From positions 1 to 48,387 of the IMG/VR virus record IMGVR_UViG_3300035544_000029: a DNA stretch of 48,387 nucleotides. The stretch is one strand, 5' to 3'. Of this stretch, positions 1 to 9,733 are shown piece by piece. A program made the position numbers and the translations under genes. Within the stretch, counting starts at the first letter, position 1, and every line of letters starts with the position of its first letter. The DNA is from a virus (lineage: Duplodnaviria > Caudoviricetes). Below the pieces are notes generated by a model, which worked only from the letters and a program-made list of their open reading frames with translations, made no database searches and had not been told where the DNA came from.

Positions 1-34
1 TCGTATTTAAGTTTCATATCGTAAAATTGGCAGC

Positions 35-128
35 GCATAACAATGTATAAAATTAATGCGCTATGTTACGTTAGTGCTATTATTTAAGTGTTGTGGTTAG
101 CGCACTAATCTTATACTAACCGTTATAG
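35..128 (+). repeat. attC-like hairpin A
   Basis: GCATAAC (35-41) ... GTTATAG (122-128); left arm aac-aat-gtataaaattaatgcgcta matches the reverse complement of the right arm, aac-ggtta-gtataagattagtgcgcta. Confidence 0.8.
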
Positions 129-139
129 TCCAGTTTGCC

Positions 140-394
140 CTAAAAATGTTCTCCACATTCTAAACACATTTCATGGTGTTTACCAGTAACAGCAATATTA
201 TCAGAGCCGCAGTTTGGGCAAACCGTATCTATAACAAGCGGTAATACACCATTATTTTTAACTGCTTCCTGTAAAAATTTCATCATCTTCCTGCTATTAT
301 TAGCACTCGGGCGCTCAAATATTCTAAATTCTTCCTCCACCTGTTCAAGTAGTTCATTAAGTTCTTCCTGTGTCATAATTGTTTCGTTTTTCAA
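140..394 (-). CDS. small Zn-ribbon protein, cassette-borne
   Basis: CPNC...CLEC motif; the ORF starts inside hairpin B (likely ATG near 376) and reads through its left arm (NGVLPLVI). Confidence 0.65.
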   Translation of the reverse strand: MKNETIMTQEELNELLEQVEEEFRIFERPSANNSRKMMKFLQEAVKNNGVLPLVIDTVCPNCGSDNIAVTGKHHEMCLECGEHF

Positions 395-434
395 ATCCGT
401 TAAAAATCACGGTGCATACCGCCAGCCGTTATAA
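229..434 (+). repeat. attC-like hairpin B
   Basis: CTATAAC-aa-gcggtaatacacc ... ggtgcataccgc-cagcc-GTTATAA; the flank gggcaaac..ctataac is complementary to the cassette start gttatagtccagtttgccc at 122. Confidence 0.8.
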
Positions 435-719
435 GCCATTTGAAGTGCATTTTCTGCATTTTACCCCTCATTTTGGAGCATTTTTCTCAATAAGTGTGCA
501 TCAAAGGTATATTTTAACCCTCGTTTAGTCAATATCACTTAACTTTCTTTGTGATTCTTTACATTTCATTAATGGCTAAATTCCAACATCAAATACACAC
601 TCAAAATCGCGGCCTATGTAATTGCCTGTTTTTCACTATCGACAGCCCGCGCTCCGAGATTGGAACGCGAACATTAAAAATGTACAAAATATTGCTATGT
701 GTACATTACAAAAAAGTGG

Positions 720-950
720 CTATTTTGATTTTGGCGGGCGTTTAGCTTCCAGATATTCAAACAAAACCAGGTCGATTAATTCAAAAGGAGAGATACACTC
801 TATCTCTAAATAGGGTATTCCCTTGTCTGCGTGCCCGGCTTCGTTGGGGGTAAAGCTAATTATGACTTTGCCATCGGGGGAAGCCCCCTCATATTGGAGG
901 GTTCCCCACATCATCACTCTTTTTAGTTTCTCTGCCTGTGTCCGCTTCAT
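720..950 (-). CDS. hypothetical protein (putative early region)
   Basis: ORF co-oriented with neighbours, AT-rich leader. Confidence 0.6.
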   Translation of the reverse strand: MKRTQAEKLKRVMMWGTLQYEGASPDGKVIISFTPNEAGHADKGIPYLEIECISPFELIDLVLFEYLEAKRPPKSK

Positions 951-1050
951 TTGTTATCATTTTTTTTAAGGATTACTAATATCCACATTACAATAACAGA
1001 TATTAATAGGGCAATTCCCCATATTAGCATAAATGTTTCTTTTGGTGTCA

Positions 1051-1368
1051 TCACATCCTCATTTTAAAATACGTCATTCCGTTAGCTTCAAAATATTCAA
1101 CTGCCCGGACTACATCCCCGATAACTATCTCCTTGCCTTCAATATAGGCATCTCTGGCGGCATCAAAAAACGGGGGAGTGCGCTCAGGATAAAGCAAGGT
1201 TATTTCATTTCCGGCCTTGTACCAAATATCTCCGGCTTCGTCAATATATGCGTAGCCATTCCGAGACGCTTCTAATTCAGCCAGCCTGTCCGGCCTTACA
1301 TCAATACCTGTGTGCCTGACCGCATCCTTGAGGGTCATTAACACCTTAACAATCCTAAATTTTTGCAT
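1051..1368 (-). CDS. hypothetical protein
   Basis: ORF in tightly packed minus-strand series. Confidence 0.65.
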   Translation of the reverse strand: MQKFRIVKVLMTLKDAVRHTGIDVRPDRLAELEASRNGYAYIDEAGDIWYKAGNEITLLYPERTPPFFDAARDAYIEGKEIVIGDVVRAVEYFEANGMTYFKMRM

Positions 1369-1379
1369 AATTTACTGTA

Positions 1380-1700
1380 TTACTGTATTACTGTTCGGTT
1401 CTTAATCTCTTTGAATGGTAGCAGGGAGAAAACTATCTCCGCATTGTCAATGATAAATTTTCTCCATTCCCATATACTCCCCATCGTCCGGGGGCATCCA
1501 AACACACGCTTTAAATAACGTTTTAGGCGGCGTTTAGTGTATATCCCGGCAAATCTCTGTACCTCATGCCCTGACTCTGTGGAGATGGTTAAAATTAGTT
1601 CTATTTTGCCGGGATGGGAGTCCATTGTGATTACCCTGGTCAGTATCCGGCCATTCTTTGCGGCCTGTTTAAATAATATTCTTTGTTCTATAATGTCCAT
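1380..1700 (-). CDS. hypothetical protein
   Basis: ORF in tightly packed minus-strand series. Confidence 0.65.
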   Translation of the reverse strand: MDIIEQRILFKQAAKNGRILTRVITMDSHPGKIELILTISTESGHEVQRFAGIYTKRRLKRYLKRVFGCPRTMGSIWEWRKFIIDNAEIVFSLLPFKEIKNRTVIQ

Positions 1701-1758
1701 GATTTTTGTTTTTACTTGTTCCGATTTTTAATCGGAGGGTCTTCATAAAAACCCTCCC

Positions 1759-2085
1759 TTAATTACCTCTGTCAGCCCATTGTTTGGGTATATAACACTC
1801 TTTAGTCCTATCCCCGGCATTTCTCAACCATGAATCAACAAAGGGAGTGCGTGTATCAGGGTGAAACAATCTTTTAGCGCTCACTTTATCAAATGTCAGA
1901 GCGTAATAAAGCCCCCTTTGTTTGACAAACTTAAATCCCTGCCTTGTTAGAGCCATACATAGCTTAGCAAATTGATATTGTTTGTCTGCCTGTGTTTTTT
2001 GTTGTCCTGCTGTCTTCATAGTTTTTTTATTATTATCTAAGCAACATCTGTTCTTTGTAAGCGAAGTATGGTCCAGCGTCTCCAC
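1759..2085 (-). CDS. hypothetical protein (true start probably MKTAG near 2019)
   Basis: ORF track; the downstream ATG avoids overlap with the next gene. Confidence 0.55.
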   Translation of the reverse strand: METLDHTSLTKNRCCLDNNKKTMKTAGQQKTQADKQYQFAKLCMALTRQGFKFVKQRGLYYALTFDKVSAKRLFHPDTRTPFVDSWLRNAGDRTKECYIPKQWADRGN

Positions 2086-2284
2086 CTTCCCAATTAAAAT
2101 AAACTACACTTGAATCCGTTACGATAGCGAAGCCACCCACATCAAACAAGGGGAACCATCCATGAAATTTTTCCTGTCTTTTATTGCAAATATCTACAAG
2201 AATTGCAGTAAATTGTGGATTGTTATTTAATTCGGTTGTACTCTCACAGCCAAAATAAAATAAAAGATTTTTCATTGCATTCAT
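2033..2284 (-). CDS. hypothetical protein
   Basis: ORF track, AT-rich leader. Confidence 0.6.
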   Translation of the reverse strand: MNAMKNLLFYFGCESTTELNNNPQFTAILVDICNKRQEKFHGWFPLFDVGGFAIVTDSSVVYFNWEGGDAGPYFAYKEQMLLR

Positions 2285-2309
2285 AGCAGTAATTTTTAAT
2301 TGTTATTTG

Positions 2310-2555
2310 TTAGTCTAATTCTTGTGATGCATATTGTTTAAACCAGTTGTAGATAGAAGTTACAACTCCCCGCTTTCCCCTTGTTATCTTATCTACAAAG
2401 GTCATTCTCCCGGCTTCGTCTGTCTCGTACAAATCATCTTTGTCTGATTCAAAGAAAAAACCCCTAATTGTCCCTTCATATTTACGCTCAAAAAATACGC
2501 GCGATGATGGGATGCTCTTAATCTGTCCTGTAATTTCTTTTTTTGTGAGTCTCAT
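2310..2555 (-). CDS. hypothetical protein
   Basis: ORF track, AT-rich leader. Confidence 0.6.
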   Translation of the reverse strand: MRLTKKEITGQIKSIPSSRVFFERKYEGTIRGFFFESDKDDLYETDEAGRMTFVDKITRGKRGVVTSIYNWFKQYASQELD

Positions 2556-2634
2556 GGCTGTTAATTTAAAAATTTCTGGCTTATGCCATTGTGCCCGGAT
2601 TAGAAACCAATCCGCACCGGGCGGTTAGAAGGTC

Positions 2635-2916
2635 TTAAATCTTATTAAATCTTTTCATACCGTCAAACTTGCGGCTTTTTACACTCTCCCCCTCATTAAG
2701 ATTGTAAAATTCTCCTAATGATAGACGCACCACGCGCCCGGTATTTAGTTTTATCTCCGCTCCGGCGTGGGCGGCGGCGTAAAAACCATTTACGCACTCA
2801 TCCCCACGCCACAAACTAAAATCGTGGGTTTCCGGGTGTTCCCACAGTTCAAAAACGCGGCCTGTTTCACTATCGGCGTACGTCCTGCCGGTTTGTCTTA
2901 ATGCACTTTTATTCAT
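2635..2916 (-). CDS. hypothetical protein
   Basis: ORF track, AT-rich leader. Confidence 0.6.
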   Translation of the reverse strand: MNKSALRQTGRTYADSETGRVFELWEHPETHDFSLWRGDECVNGFYAAAHAGAEIKLNTGRVVRLSLGEFYNLNEGESVKSRKFDGMKRFNKI

Positions 2917-2952
2917 AGTTATACTGTTAAACAGATTAGAGGGTCTTAAAAA

Positions 2953-3135
2953 TCATTGCCCCCATTCCTTCGTACATCTCTGAGAGATATAAACACCCAT
3001 ACCACAAAGGTGATATTCACCAACCAGGCGCCGGAGTTCTTTTCTAAACTCTTTGTGAGAGTTAAAATCATCCCGGTTTAATTCGTCCACCGTCTCAACT
3101 CCGGAAGCTGTTCGCATATTAAGGTAACGTGTCAT
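2953..3135 (-). CDS. hypothetical protein
   Basis: ORF track, AT-rich leader. Confidence 0.6.
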   Translation of the reverse strand: MTRYLNMRTASGVETVDELNRDDFNSHKEFRKELRRLVGEYHLCGMGVYISQRCTKEWGQ

Positions 3136-3231
3136 AACTTCTAATTTTTATAGATTAATATTTTGTTAAATAGGTTGGAGGGTCTTACAAAAGATATCCC
3201 AACCTACTACTCTCACATGCACATAAAGGTA

Positions 3232-3447
3232 CTAAGACAATTTAATTACAATTGGTTTGCGCTCTCCTATCTCTATATGTCCAGCTTCAATACTCATATA
3301 CTTATTTTTAAGGTAACGGTGAAGATCCTTCTTTGATTCATTAGCAAACTTCCGTTTCATTTGTGCGTAGGCGTCATCCTGTGCGTCACTCATGGATAGC
3401 TCACACAAAACGTCATAAATGCAATCAGCGAGTTTATTCGGTGTCAT
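3232..3447 (-). CDS. hypothetical protein
   Basis: ORF track. Confidence 0.55.
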   Translation of the reverse strand: MTPNKLADCIYDVLCELSMSDAQDDAYAQMKRKFANESKKDLHRYLKNKYMSIEAGHIEIGERKPIVIKLS

Positions 3448-3858
3448 AATTAGTTAGTATTAAACCCAAACACACAATATAGTAACATTGTAACACCCTT
3501 TGTAGGTAACTTTGTTTGGGGGGGGTGAGAGCACTAATATAATGCCAGTTCACCCGTCAACGTTCCTACAAAATAAACAAATAAGCTACATTAATACCTT
3601 TTGTGTGTATAGATTGGTTAAAATCACAATAATTTAAGTGTTAATTAGTTAGTCAGGATTGCCCACGGGGGCGGTATTCAAGAATCAAATCACAAAATGA
3701 TCAGTTAGGGCACAATATTAGTAGGTTATACCTGGCGCGTTCACTATCAGTAAGGGGAACACGCATTGAGATTTCAGACAATGAAGCCGCGAAGGCTTTG
3801 CATTGTTGGAGGGTGCCAATGAAGCACCCCCCGGAATATTTTACTTTGTGTGTGTACA

Positions 3859-4359
3859 TTATTTAAACAAGTTGAGAGATTCGCAAATGTCAATAATAAC
3901 GGCGTCTATGTGTATGGCCTGGCCTGAAGTGGTGCGCCCCCATAGATTTTCACCCATGATCACAGGTTCCCCAGCGTCCTGGAGTTTTTCCGCCAGCCAG
4001 CCGGACACTAACCACCATTCTAAAATTTCCTGCGGTTCGTCTTCAAGACCCTCTAATTCGGATATTTCATCCCTTATTGCGTCCTCTTTTTCCTCATCTC
4101 CATTATCGTATGCTTCATCCGCCAAGGTATCCAACCGGTTAATTTCCTCACCTCTTTGATCCTCGGTTCCTCCTGCGAATTTTGCGTATTCTCCGTAATA
4201 CTCCGGGAGGGTAAACATATTTTCGACGTCATCCATAGAAAAAGGGGCTTCGCTTGATTCGTGACTGAGAATAAACTCAACCATTTGATTAACGTTTGCG
4301 TAAACTTCGCGCTCTACAAATTCGCTTGCGATTCTTTGTTTGTTTGCTGTTGCGTTCAT
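3859..4359 (-). CDS. highly acidic phage protein (possible DNA mimic / anti-restriction)
   Basis: very D/E-rich 166 aa with EWWLVS..LAEKL..GE..WGRTTSGQAI; first gene after the promoter at 4424-4431. Confidence 0.6.
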   Translation of the reverse strand: MNATANKQRIASEFVEREVYANVNQMVEFILSHESSEAPFSMDDVENMFTLPEYYGEYAKFAGGTEDQRGEEINRLDTLADEAYDNGDEEKEDAIRDEISELEGLEDEPQEILEWWLVSGWLAEKLQDAGEPVIMGENLWGRTTSGQAIHIDAVIIDICESLNLFK

Positions 4360-4423
4360 AACAAAAGTTTTAAAGTTAATAAATTAGTGGTTTGACTTCG
4401 TGTTATCTGTAATGTTCTACGAA

Positions 4424-4431
4424 CAAATCTA
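4424..4431 (-). promoter_or_regulatory. Bacteroidota-type -7 promoter element (TAGATTTG)
   Basis: matches TAnnTTTG upstream of the leftward gene series. Confidence 0.5.
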
Positions 4432-5232
4432 AGCCCTTTTCCTGCGTCCACCAAATAAAAACTGTTAAAAGAAAGTTAATGAACACTAAAGAAAGTTAAA
4501 GCGTTTAGCCGGTGAACGTATCATTTTAAAGATCAAAGCAGAGCGCCCGACAGGCGCGGGTTTCGTCTCGTTCCGCCACGGGAGAAACAAAACAAACAGA
4601 CTGCAAAGATTACACAGTTGTATTTGCCCACACAGTTAAACGGGCTTTGCCCACCAAAACAAAAGACCCTCCACCATCACACCAAGCCGCAGCACCCGGA
4701 AGCATACAAGCACACACCGAACACCAAGCAGTCAAAATAAAAAGCTGAAAATTTGAAAGGCAAACCGGTTCCGGCATTTGGCGAGCGACCGGGGGTGTCT
4801 TCGCCCAGGGGGTGAGGGCGACTATTTGCAGGGGGATTATCCCATATACCCCCCACTACAAGAAAAAATAACATCTATATAACTGCTTGTTATCTCACTA
4901 CAAGAACCTGATATTTCACATTCATAGTACTACAATAAAGCCTATTGGCTGATTGTGGCTGTCCCTTGTAAGTTAAATAAGGTTAATGCGGTGGTGTATT
5001 GTTTGGGTTATTGTTATATTTGGGTTTTATAGACCCTCTAACGATGTTCACGAATAATATATGTACACGTAACGTGAACGAGGATTAACTTTGAACACGA
5101 TTTAAGGGGATTAAATATAATTTTGGTAGTAGTGGATAGGTGGAGACGAGTTAAGCTAAATTTTGGGCTTATTTTGAATAAATTGATATTTCAGTAGTGT
5201 ATATACGGAAATTACATTCAAACAGGTGTGAA

Positions 5233-6438
5233 CTACCCATGAGCTAAAGACTCATGGGCTTCGGGCTTCACAGAGGAACGGCCTTTCAAAAGATTGGTTC
5301 TTACTTCCTCTCCACCCGTGTAATCGACAGTTCCTGCCGATATATGGTTTAATCCGAAACGAAGAATATTGATAGCGGCATTAACATCACGGTTATGATG
5401 AGTATGGCAAATAGGACACTCCCACTCACGGACAGACAAATCTTTAGTCTGTTTGTTGACATATCCACAGACATTACAAGTCTGCGAGGAGGGGAAGTAT
5501 CGGTCTATTTTCACAACCTTTTTGCCGTTCCATTCTGCCTTGTAGGTAAGCATGGAAACGAAGCTACCCCAGCTTGCATCAGTAATGGATTTGGCGAGGT
5601 GACGGTTTCTCTCCATACCCTTTACATTCAAATCCTCGATGCAGATGGTATCATATCTTCTAACAAGGGAAATGGAGCACTTATGCAGATAGTCTGCACG
5701 ACTATTAGCAATCTTATCGTGAAGTCTGGCAACTTTGAGCTTTTGGTTTTCAAACCCTCTGCTGCCTTTCTTCTTACGGGAAAGATGCTGCTGTGCTTTA
5801 GCAAGTTTGCGCTCGTATATTCTTGTGTAGCGGTTATTCTTAAAAGTCTCTCCCTCGGAAGTGATAAGCAAGTCCTTCAAACCCATATCAACACCAATCG
5901 ACTTATTAGTCTTTTCAAGCGGAGTTACGTATTCTTCTTCTGTAAATACAGAAACGAAATACTTGCCGCTTGGTGTCTTGGAAATAGTTACCTTGCCGAT
6001 TTTGCCTTTTATCTCACGGTGTACACGGCACTTGATACCCTCCTTGAACTTGGGTATAAAAAGCCTGCCACCTGCGACAGATGCAAATTGCGGAACGGTG
6101 AAACTATTTTTGGAGCGCTTGGATTTGAACTTAGGAAACTTCGCACGCTTCTGAAAGAAATTAGTATAGGCTACTTCAAGACTTCGTATAGCGAACTGCA
6201 AGGTTTGAGAATTTACTTCTTTAAGCCATGCGGTTGCTTCTTGCTTCTTCAATTCGGTAAGAGTCTTGGCTTGTGCGTAATAATTATCGCTTTTACCAGT
6301 GAGTCTATATTGCTCTTTACGTTGATTGAGAAAGTAATTATACACAAATCGAGCGCAACCGAAATGCCTTGCCAGCAAATCGGCTTGCACCTTATTCGGG
6401 TACAGTCTGAACTTGTATGTTCGATTAATCTTTCTCAT
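5233..6438 (-). CDS. tnpB: RNA-guided endonuclease TnpB
   Basis: MRKINRTYKFRLYP start, HTH, RuvC GVDMG / IEDL / RDVNAA, CNVC..CPIC zinc finger. Confidence 0.95.
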   Translation of the reverse strand: MRKINRTYKFRLYPNKVQADLLARHFGCARFVYNYFLNQRKEQYRLTGKSDNYYAQAKTLTELKKQEATAWLKEVNSQTLQFAIRSLEVAYTNFFQKRAKFPKFKSKRSKNSFTVPQFASVAGGRLFIPKFKEGIKCRVHREIKGKIGKVTISKTPSGKYFVSVFTEEEYVTPLEKTNKSIGVDMGLKDLLITSEGETFKNNRYTRIYERKLAKAQQHLSRKKKGSRGFENQKLKVARLHDKIANSRADYLHKCSISLVRRYDTICIEDLNVKGMERNRHLAKSITDASWGSFVSMLTYKAEWNGKKVVKIDRYFPSSQTCNVCGYVNKQTKDLSVREWECPICHTHHNRDVNAAINILRFGLNHISAGTVDYTGGEEVRTNLLKGRSSVKPEAHESLAHG

Positions 6439-6498
6439 ATCGCTTACAAAGATAGTAATTATTTTGTAAACAACAAAACTTTTTCGTATATTTATGGC

Positions 6499-6903
6499 AT
6501 GGAAGAAAATTATAATCACAAAAATAGGCATAAGTATTACCTAAAATGTCACCTTGTATTTTGTATTAAATACAGAAGAAAAATACTCAATGGTGATTTT
6601 GATAACGACATCAAAGCAGTATTTCTGTCAATAGCGGATAATTCTGATTTCAATATTGATATTATGGAAACAGACAAAGACCATATACACTTTCTAATTA
6701 GTTATCCACCAAACATATCTGTAACATCAATAGTTCGGAAACTAAAACAAGAGAGTACAATTTTTGCTTGGCACTTATATAGTACGATGTTGAGAAAATA
6801 CTTTTGAAAAGAGAAAACATTATGGTCGGATGGATACTTCGCATGTTCCATAGGTGAAGCAAATCCAAACACAATAAGGGAGTATATCAGACAACAAGGA
6901 TAG
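6499..6903 (+). pseudogene. tnpA: Y1 (HUH) transposase TnpA with an internal TGA
   Basis: HLVFCIKYRR and DHIHFL motifs; KYF*KEKTLWSDGYF with TGA at 6805-6807 where W is expected; the frame continues to IREYIRQQG* at 6903. Confidence 0.9.
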
Positions 6904-6973
6904 TGCCTTACATCCCACAAGCTAAAGACTTGTGGTTTTTACGGCACTTGCTATAAATTGTTTAATTTAAAAA

Positions 6974-7237
6974 TTGATTATTATGAAAAGATTGTTAGAA
7001 CAACAGGAAGAGATTATTGATAATTATTCTCTGACCAAGGGGGCTACGGAGGATGACTTGCGTATAGCGATTAATCAGCACGCCATGGTTGTGGGGATGA
7101 ATGGAGTGTTGCGTCCTATTGAATGGGATGTGCGTCCACTATGTTCGGACACTGATGGATGTGTTTCATGTACAGTAGAGTTCGATACGATAGATGGTTC
7201 TTTTTGTGCTAAGTGTGGTCAGGTTTATCCATTTTAA
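6974..7237 (+). CDS. hypothetical protein with C-terminal CxxC pairs
   Basis: CVSC...CAKC. Confidence 0.6.
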   Translation: MIIMKRLLEQQEEIIDNYSLTKGATEDDLRIAINQHAMVVGMNGVLRPIEWDVRPLCSDTDGCVSCTVEFDTIDGSFCAKCGQVYPF

Positions 7238-7249
7238 ATTAATAATGTT

Positions 7250-7627
7250 ATGAGAGAGATTTTATTTAGAGGAAAAGTTTTAAGGAGTCATTCTTATCCG
7301 GAGATGGTTGGTCAATGGGTTTATGGACATTATTTTGAAGATTTAGTAGGAGGGGAATTGGAGGGTTTTATTTTTAACGCTCCCACTTCTTTTTGTGTTG
7401 ACCCTCGGACTGTTGGGCAATTCACTGGCCTTCGTGATAGCAACGAGAATAAGATATATTCTGGGGACGTTATTAAGACCCTAAGCGGTATTGCTGAAGT
7501 TGTTTTTGATAGCGGGATGTTTGCGTTAGAAAGCCCAGGAAGCGAAGCGATAGATTATGATTTGTTTTTGGTTGCCCCGATAAGTGTTATTATCGGCAAT
7601 GTATTTGAGGAACCTTTTAAACAATGA
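7250..7627 (+). CDS. YopX-family protein
   Basis: MREILFRGK...WVYG...TVGQFTGLRD.N..KIY.GD...IGNVFE signature. Confidence 0.9.
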   Translation: MREILFRGKVLRSHSYPEMVGQWVYGHYFEDLVGGELEGFIFNAPTSFCVDPRTVGQFTGLRDSNENKIYSGDVIKTLSGIAEVVFDSGMFALESPGSEAIDYDLFLVAPISVIIGNVFEEPFKQ

Positions 7628-7630
7628 ATC

Positions 7631-7846
7631 ATGAACAATCTTGATATAATATCAGACAATATCAGCAAGCAATTAGCCGGGTTGAAATTAATGATAGGCA
7701 CTACTTCTCATAGGGAATGTAAAATATGCGGGAAGCCTGCTGTGTGGAGTGTCCGTGGAGATGGTTATTGTGATGAACACATTGAACTAAATAAATCGCA
7801 GAAAAGAGCTTTAAGACTTATTTCTATTATTATGCAATCATTTTAA
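7631..7846 (+). CDS. hypothetical protein (CKIC..YCDEH)
   Basis: ORF in operon. Confidence 0.55.
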   Translation: MNNLDIISDNISKQLAGLKLMIGTTSHRECKICGKPAVWSVRGDGYCDEHIELNKSQKRALRLISIIMQSF

Positions 7847-7856
7847 TAAATTAATT

Positions 7857-8330
7857 ATGAAAAATGTTATGAGAGAAGAAATATGTTCGTTTGAACTGGC
7901 TAAGCTTGCTAAAGAGAAAGGATTTGACATGGGGACAGTTCATTATTATACTAACAGGATTCTTACACCTGAAGAACAAGAGGCTGGGTATAATTTTTCA
8001 AAGACCCCCCCACCATACAAGCTAAGAGAGTCATTTGTGGGAGAATCTGACAAATACATTCGCTTGCAAGACTTGGTTATTTTTAGGGAATTTGATATTG
8101 GGGCTCCCACTCATTCATCGCTCCATGTATGGCTCCGTGAGAATCACAATATCCTTGTCTGTGTTTATTCAAACGCTTCAGGCTATCTGTGGGAGGTGAT
8201 GAGAGCAAAAGGAGGAAGCACTATGCGTTGGAGTGAATTTGAGGGGGATGATGAAGAGAGTGGAGCTTATACGACATATGAAAGAGCAATGGAAGATGCA
8301 TTGGAATATGGGTTAAGTACCATTCGGTGA
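7857..8330 (+). CDS. conserved Bacteroidota-phage hypothetical protein
   Basis: SFELAKLAKEKGF...APT.S.L..WLRE.H...TYE.A pattern. Confidence 0.7.
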   Translation: MKNVMREEICSFELAKLAKEKGFDMGTVHYYTNRILTPEEQEAGYNFSKTPPPYKLRESFVGESDKYIRLQDLVIFREFDIGAPTHSSLHVWLRENHNILVCVYSNASGYLWEVMRAKGGSTMRWSEFEGDDEESGAYTTYERAMEDALEYGLSTIR

Positions 8331-8357
8331 TTTTAATTAAGACCCTCTGAGACGAAT

Positions 8358-8390
8358 AAAGCCGAGAGTTGTTGTGACCCTCGGCTTTTT
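8358..8390. terminator. bidirectional intrinsic terminator
   Basis: aaa-gccgag ... ctcggc-ttttt between convergent genes. Confidence 0.7.
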
Positions 8391-8416
8391 ATTTGATATT
8401 AACCCGATATTTCCTA

Positions 8417-8815
8417 TTATCGACCCTCCACCCGTTTTTCGTATTCAAAATAGGCATGGTCTGCCATCTCTGCGGATTTGTCTATTGTGTGTCCTTGGCT
8501 CATGGCGAGGTAGAATAGGTCAAACCATTTGTCACCGTCTGATTTTAATCTGCCTTGCACGTGGAGGGACTGTGTGTTGGCATAAGTAGCTGGAGCGTGA
8601 GCTAAGGCTGACACAGGCCAATTATAGCTATATTCATCTTCTTGGAGGCATACACTTGAGACTCCCCTTCCACCCGTGTTAGTCTCGCTAACGGTTAATG
8701 GTTGTAGCGGGGTTAATTTTTCGATTAAGTCTTGTGACACGAGCCATTCACGTGCCCTACCCTCGTCAACAATAACCACCTTATCCCCTGGCTTAAATTT
8801 TCCATCTGTACTCAT
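8417..8815 (-). CDS. hypothetical protein
   Basis: ORF track; FKPGDKV start. Confidence 0.6.
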   Translation of the reverse strand: MSTDGKFKPGDKVVIVDEGRAREWLVSQDLIEKLTPLQPLTVSETNTGGRGVSSVCLQEDEYSYNWPVSALAHAPATYANTQSLHVQGRLKSDGDKWFDLFYLAMSQGHTIDKSAEMADHAYFEYEKRVEGR

Positions 8816-8992
8816 AACATTAAAAGTTCAAATTAGTGTATCTTGTTTTTCTGACCCTCTTGATGATGGCCATTTTAAATCTATACGTAGCCTCTATTAT
8901 GAGCGTGTAATGTATCAAGTCGTCTTTCCTATGGTCTTTGTATATAGTCGCATAGTCTTTTCTTAGTTTCTTTAATAGCTTTATTCTCATGG

Positions 8993-9178
8993 CTAATGTG
9001 TTCTTCGTCCTAATATTATGAATCTATGCACCTCTACGTGCTTTGGAATAGTTATCTTGTTGCCTTGTTTGAGGGTCAATATAATGCTATTTGGTGTGAC
9101 CCTCTCTTCGGCTATTTCCTCCCTGTCACGGAAGTATGTGTACGTATCTATGTACTCTTGTATTTGTGGCTCTGACAT
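8993..9178 (-). CDS. hypothetical protein
   Basis: ORF track. Confidence 0.5.
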   Translation of the reverse strand: MSEPQIQEYIDTYTYFRDREEIAEERVTPNSIILTLKQGNKITIPKHVEVHRFIILGRRTH

Positions 9179-9227
9179 AGTGTTTTAGTTTTAGAATGAG
9201 TCCAGTTTTTTAATTAATTTACTGGAC

Positions 9228-9279
9228 AAATAATGAGATGTATATCGTATTAAAACGACGCCATACATGGGGGTTATCC
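9228..9279 (+). repeat. decayed short attC-like hairpin
   Basis: atgtat..cgt-attaaaacg-acg..atacat-gggg-GTTAT; same loop as hairpin F. Confidence 0.45.
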
Positions 9280-9543
9280 AATCCACTTAAAAAACCCTTT
9301 TGTGTATTCACATTCTTCGTTCTCGTGTTGGTTAATCAATGCGCTAATGGAATCCAAAACAACTCGTTCGTCATATTCCTTGGGATTTTCTGTTAATCCT
9401 ATTTCCATCTTAATAGTTTCTATAAGTTCTGACAATTGTTTTATCTTGTTGGCTTGACACATGACCAATGCCTCCCCTTGCTCCTGACCATTCATAAATG
9501 AAGCGTACCATCCTGCATGACTATGTATGTTTCTTACTTCCAT
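9274..9543 (-). CDS. hypothetical protein
   Basis: ORF track; its stop codon overlaps the GTTA core. Confidence 0.55.
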   Translation of the reverse strand: MEVRNIHSHAGWYASFMNGQEQGEALVMCQANKIKQLSELIETIKMEIGLTENPKEYDERVVLDSISALINQHENEECEYTKGFFKWIG

Positions 9544-9733
9544 TGTACTGTTAATTTTAGGAGTTATTATCCAATATACCCATCATAACGATTAGTTAAT
9601 GGGTGGGGAGCATCAATCTTCTTAGCCTGTCTCCGAACATATCGCTTGTGGCGTTTCTTGGCATAGGCAATCTCTTTGTGAGACAGCTTTACGTACTTCT
9701 TACTCATCTTATCTACTTGCTCCCCTTTGTCCA

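Larger units (their letters stand above)
5228..6952 (-). mobile_element. IS200/IS605-family element with divergent tnpA and tnpB
   Basis: subterminal hairpins cccatgag-ctaaaga-ctcatggg (~5237-5259) and ccacaag-ctaaaga-cttgtgg (~6915-6935); right end ...TTCAC; TTTAT on the minus strand at 6953-6957 next to the left end. Confidence 0.92.

Noticed and set aside
5395-6498. 470-aa ORF implying a long N-terminal extension on TnpA
   Set aside because: It is the antisense shadow of tnpB; TnpA homology begins at the ATG at 6499.
6805-6807. TGA-to-Trp genetic-code reassignment suggested by the in-frame TGA in tnpA
   Set aside because: Long genes are open in the standard code, Trp is TGG elsewhere, TGA ends several tightly coupled genes, and I saw no suppressor tRNA; a single nonsense mutation is simpler.
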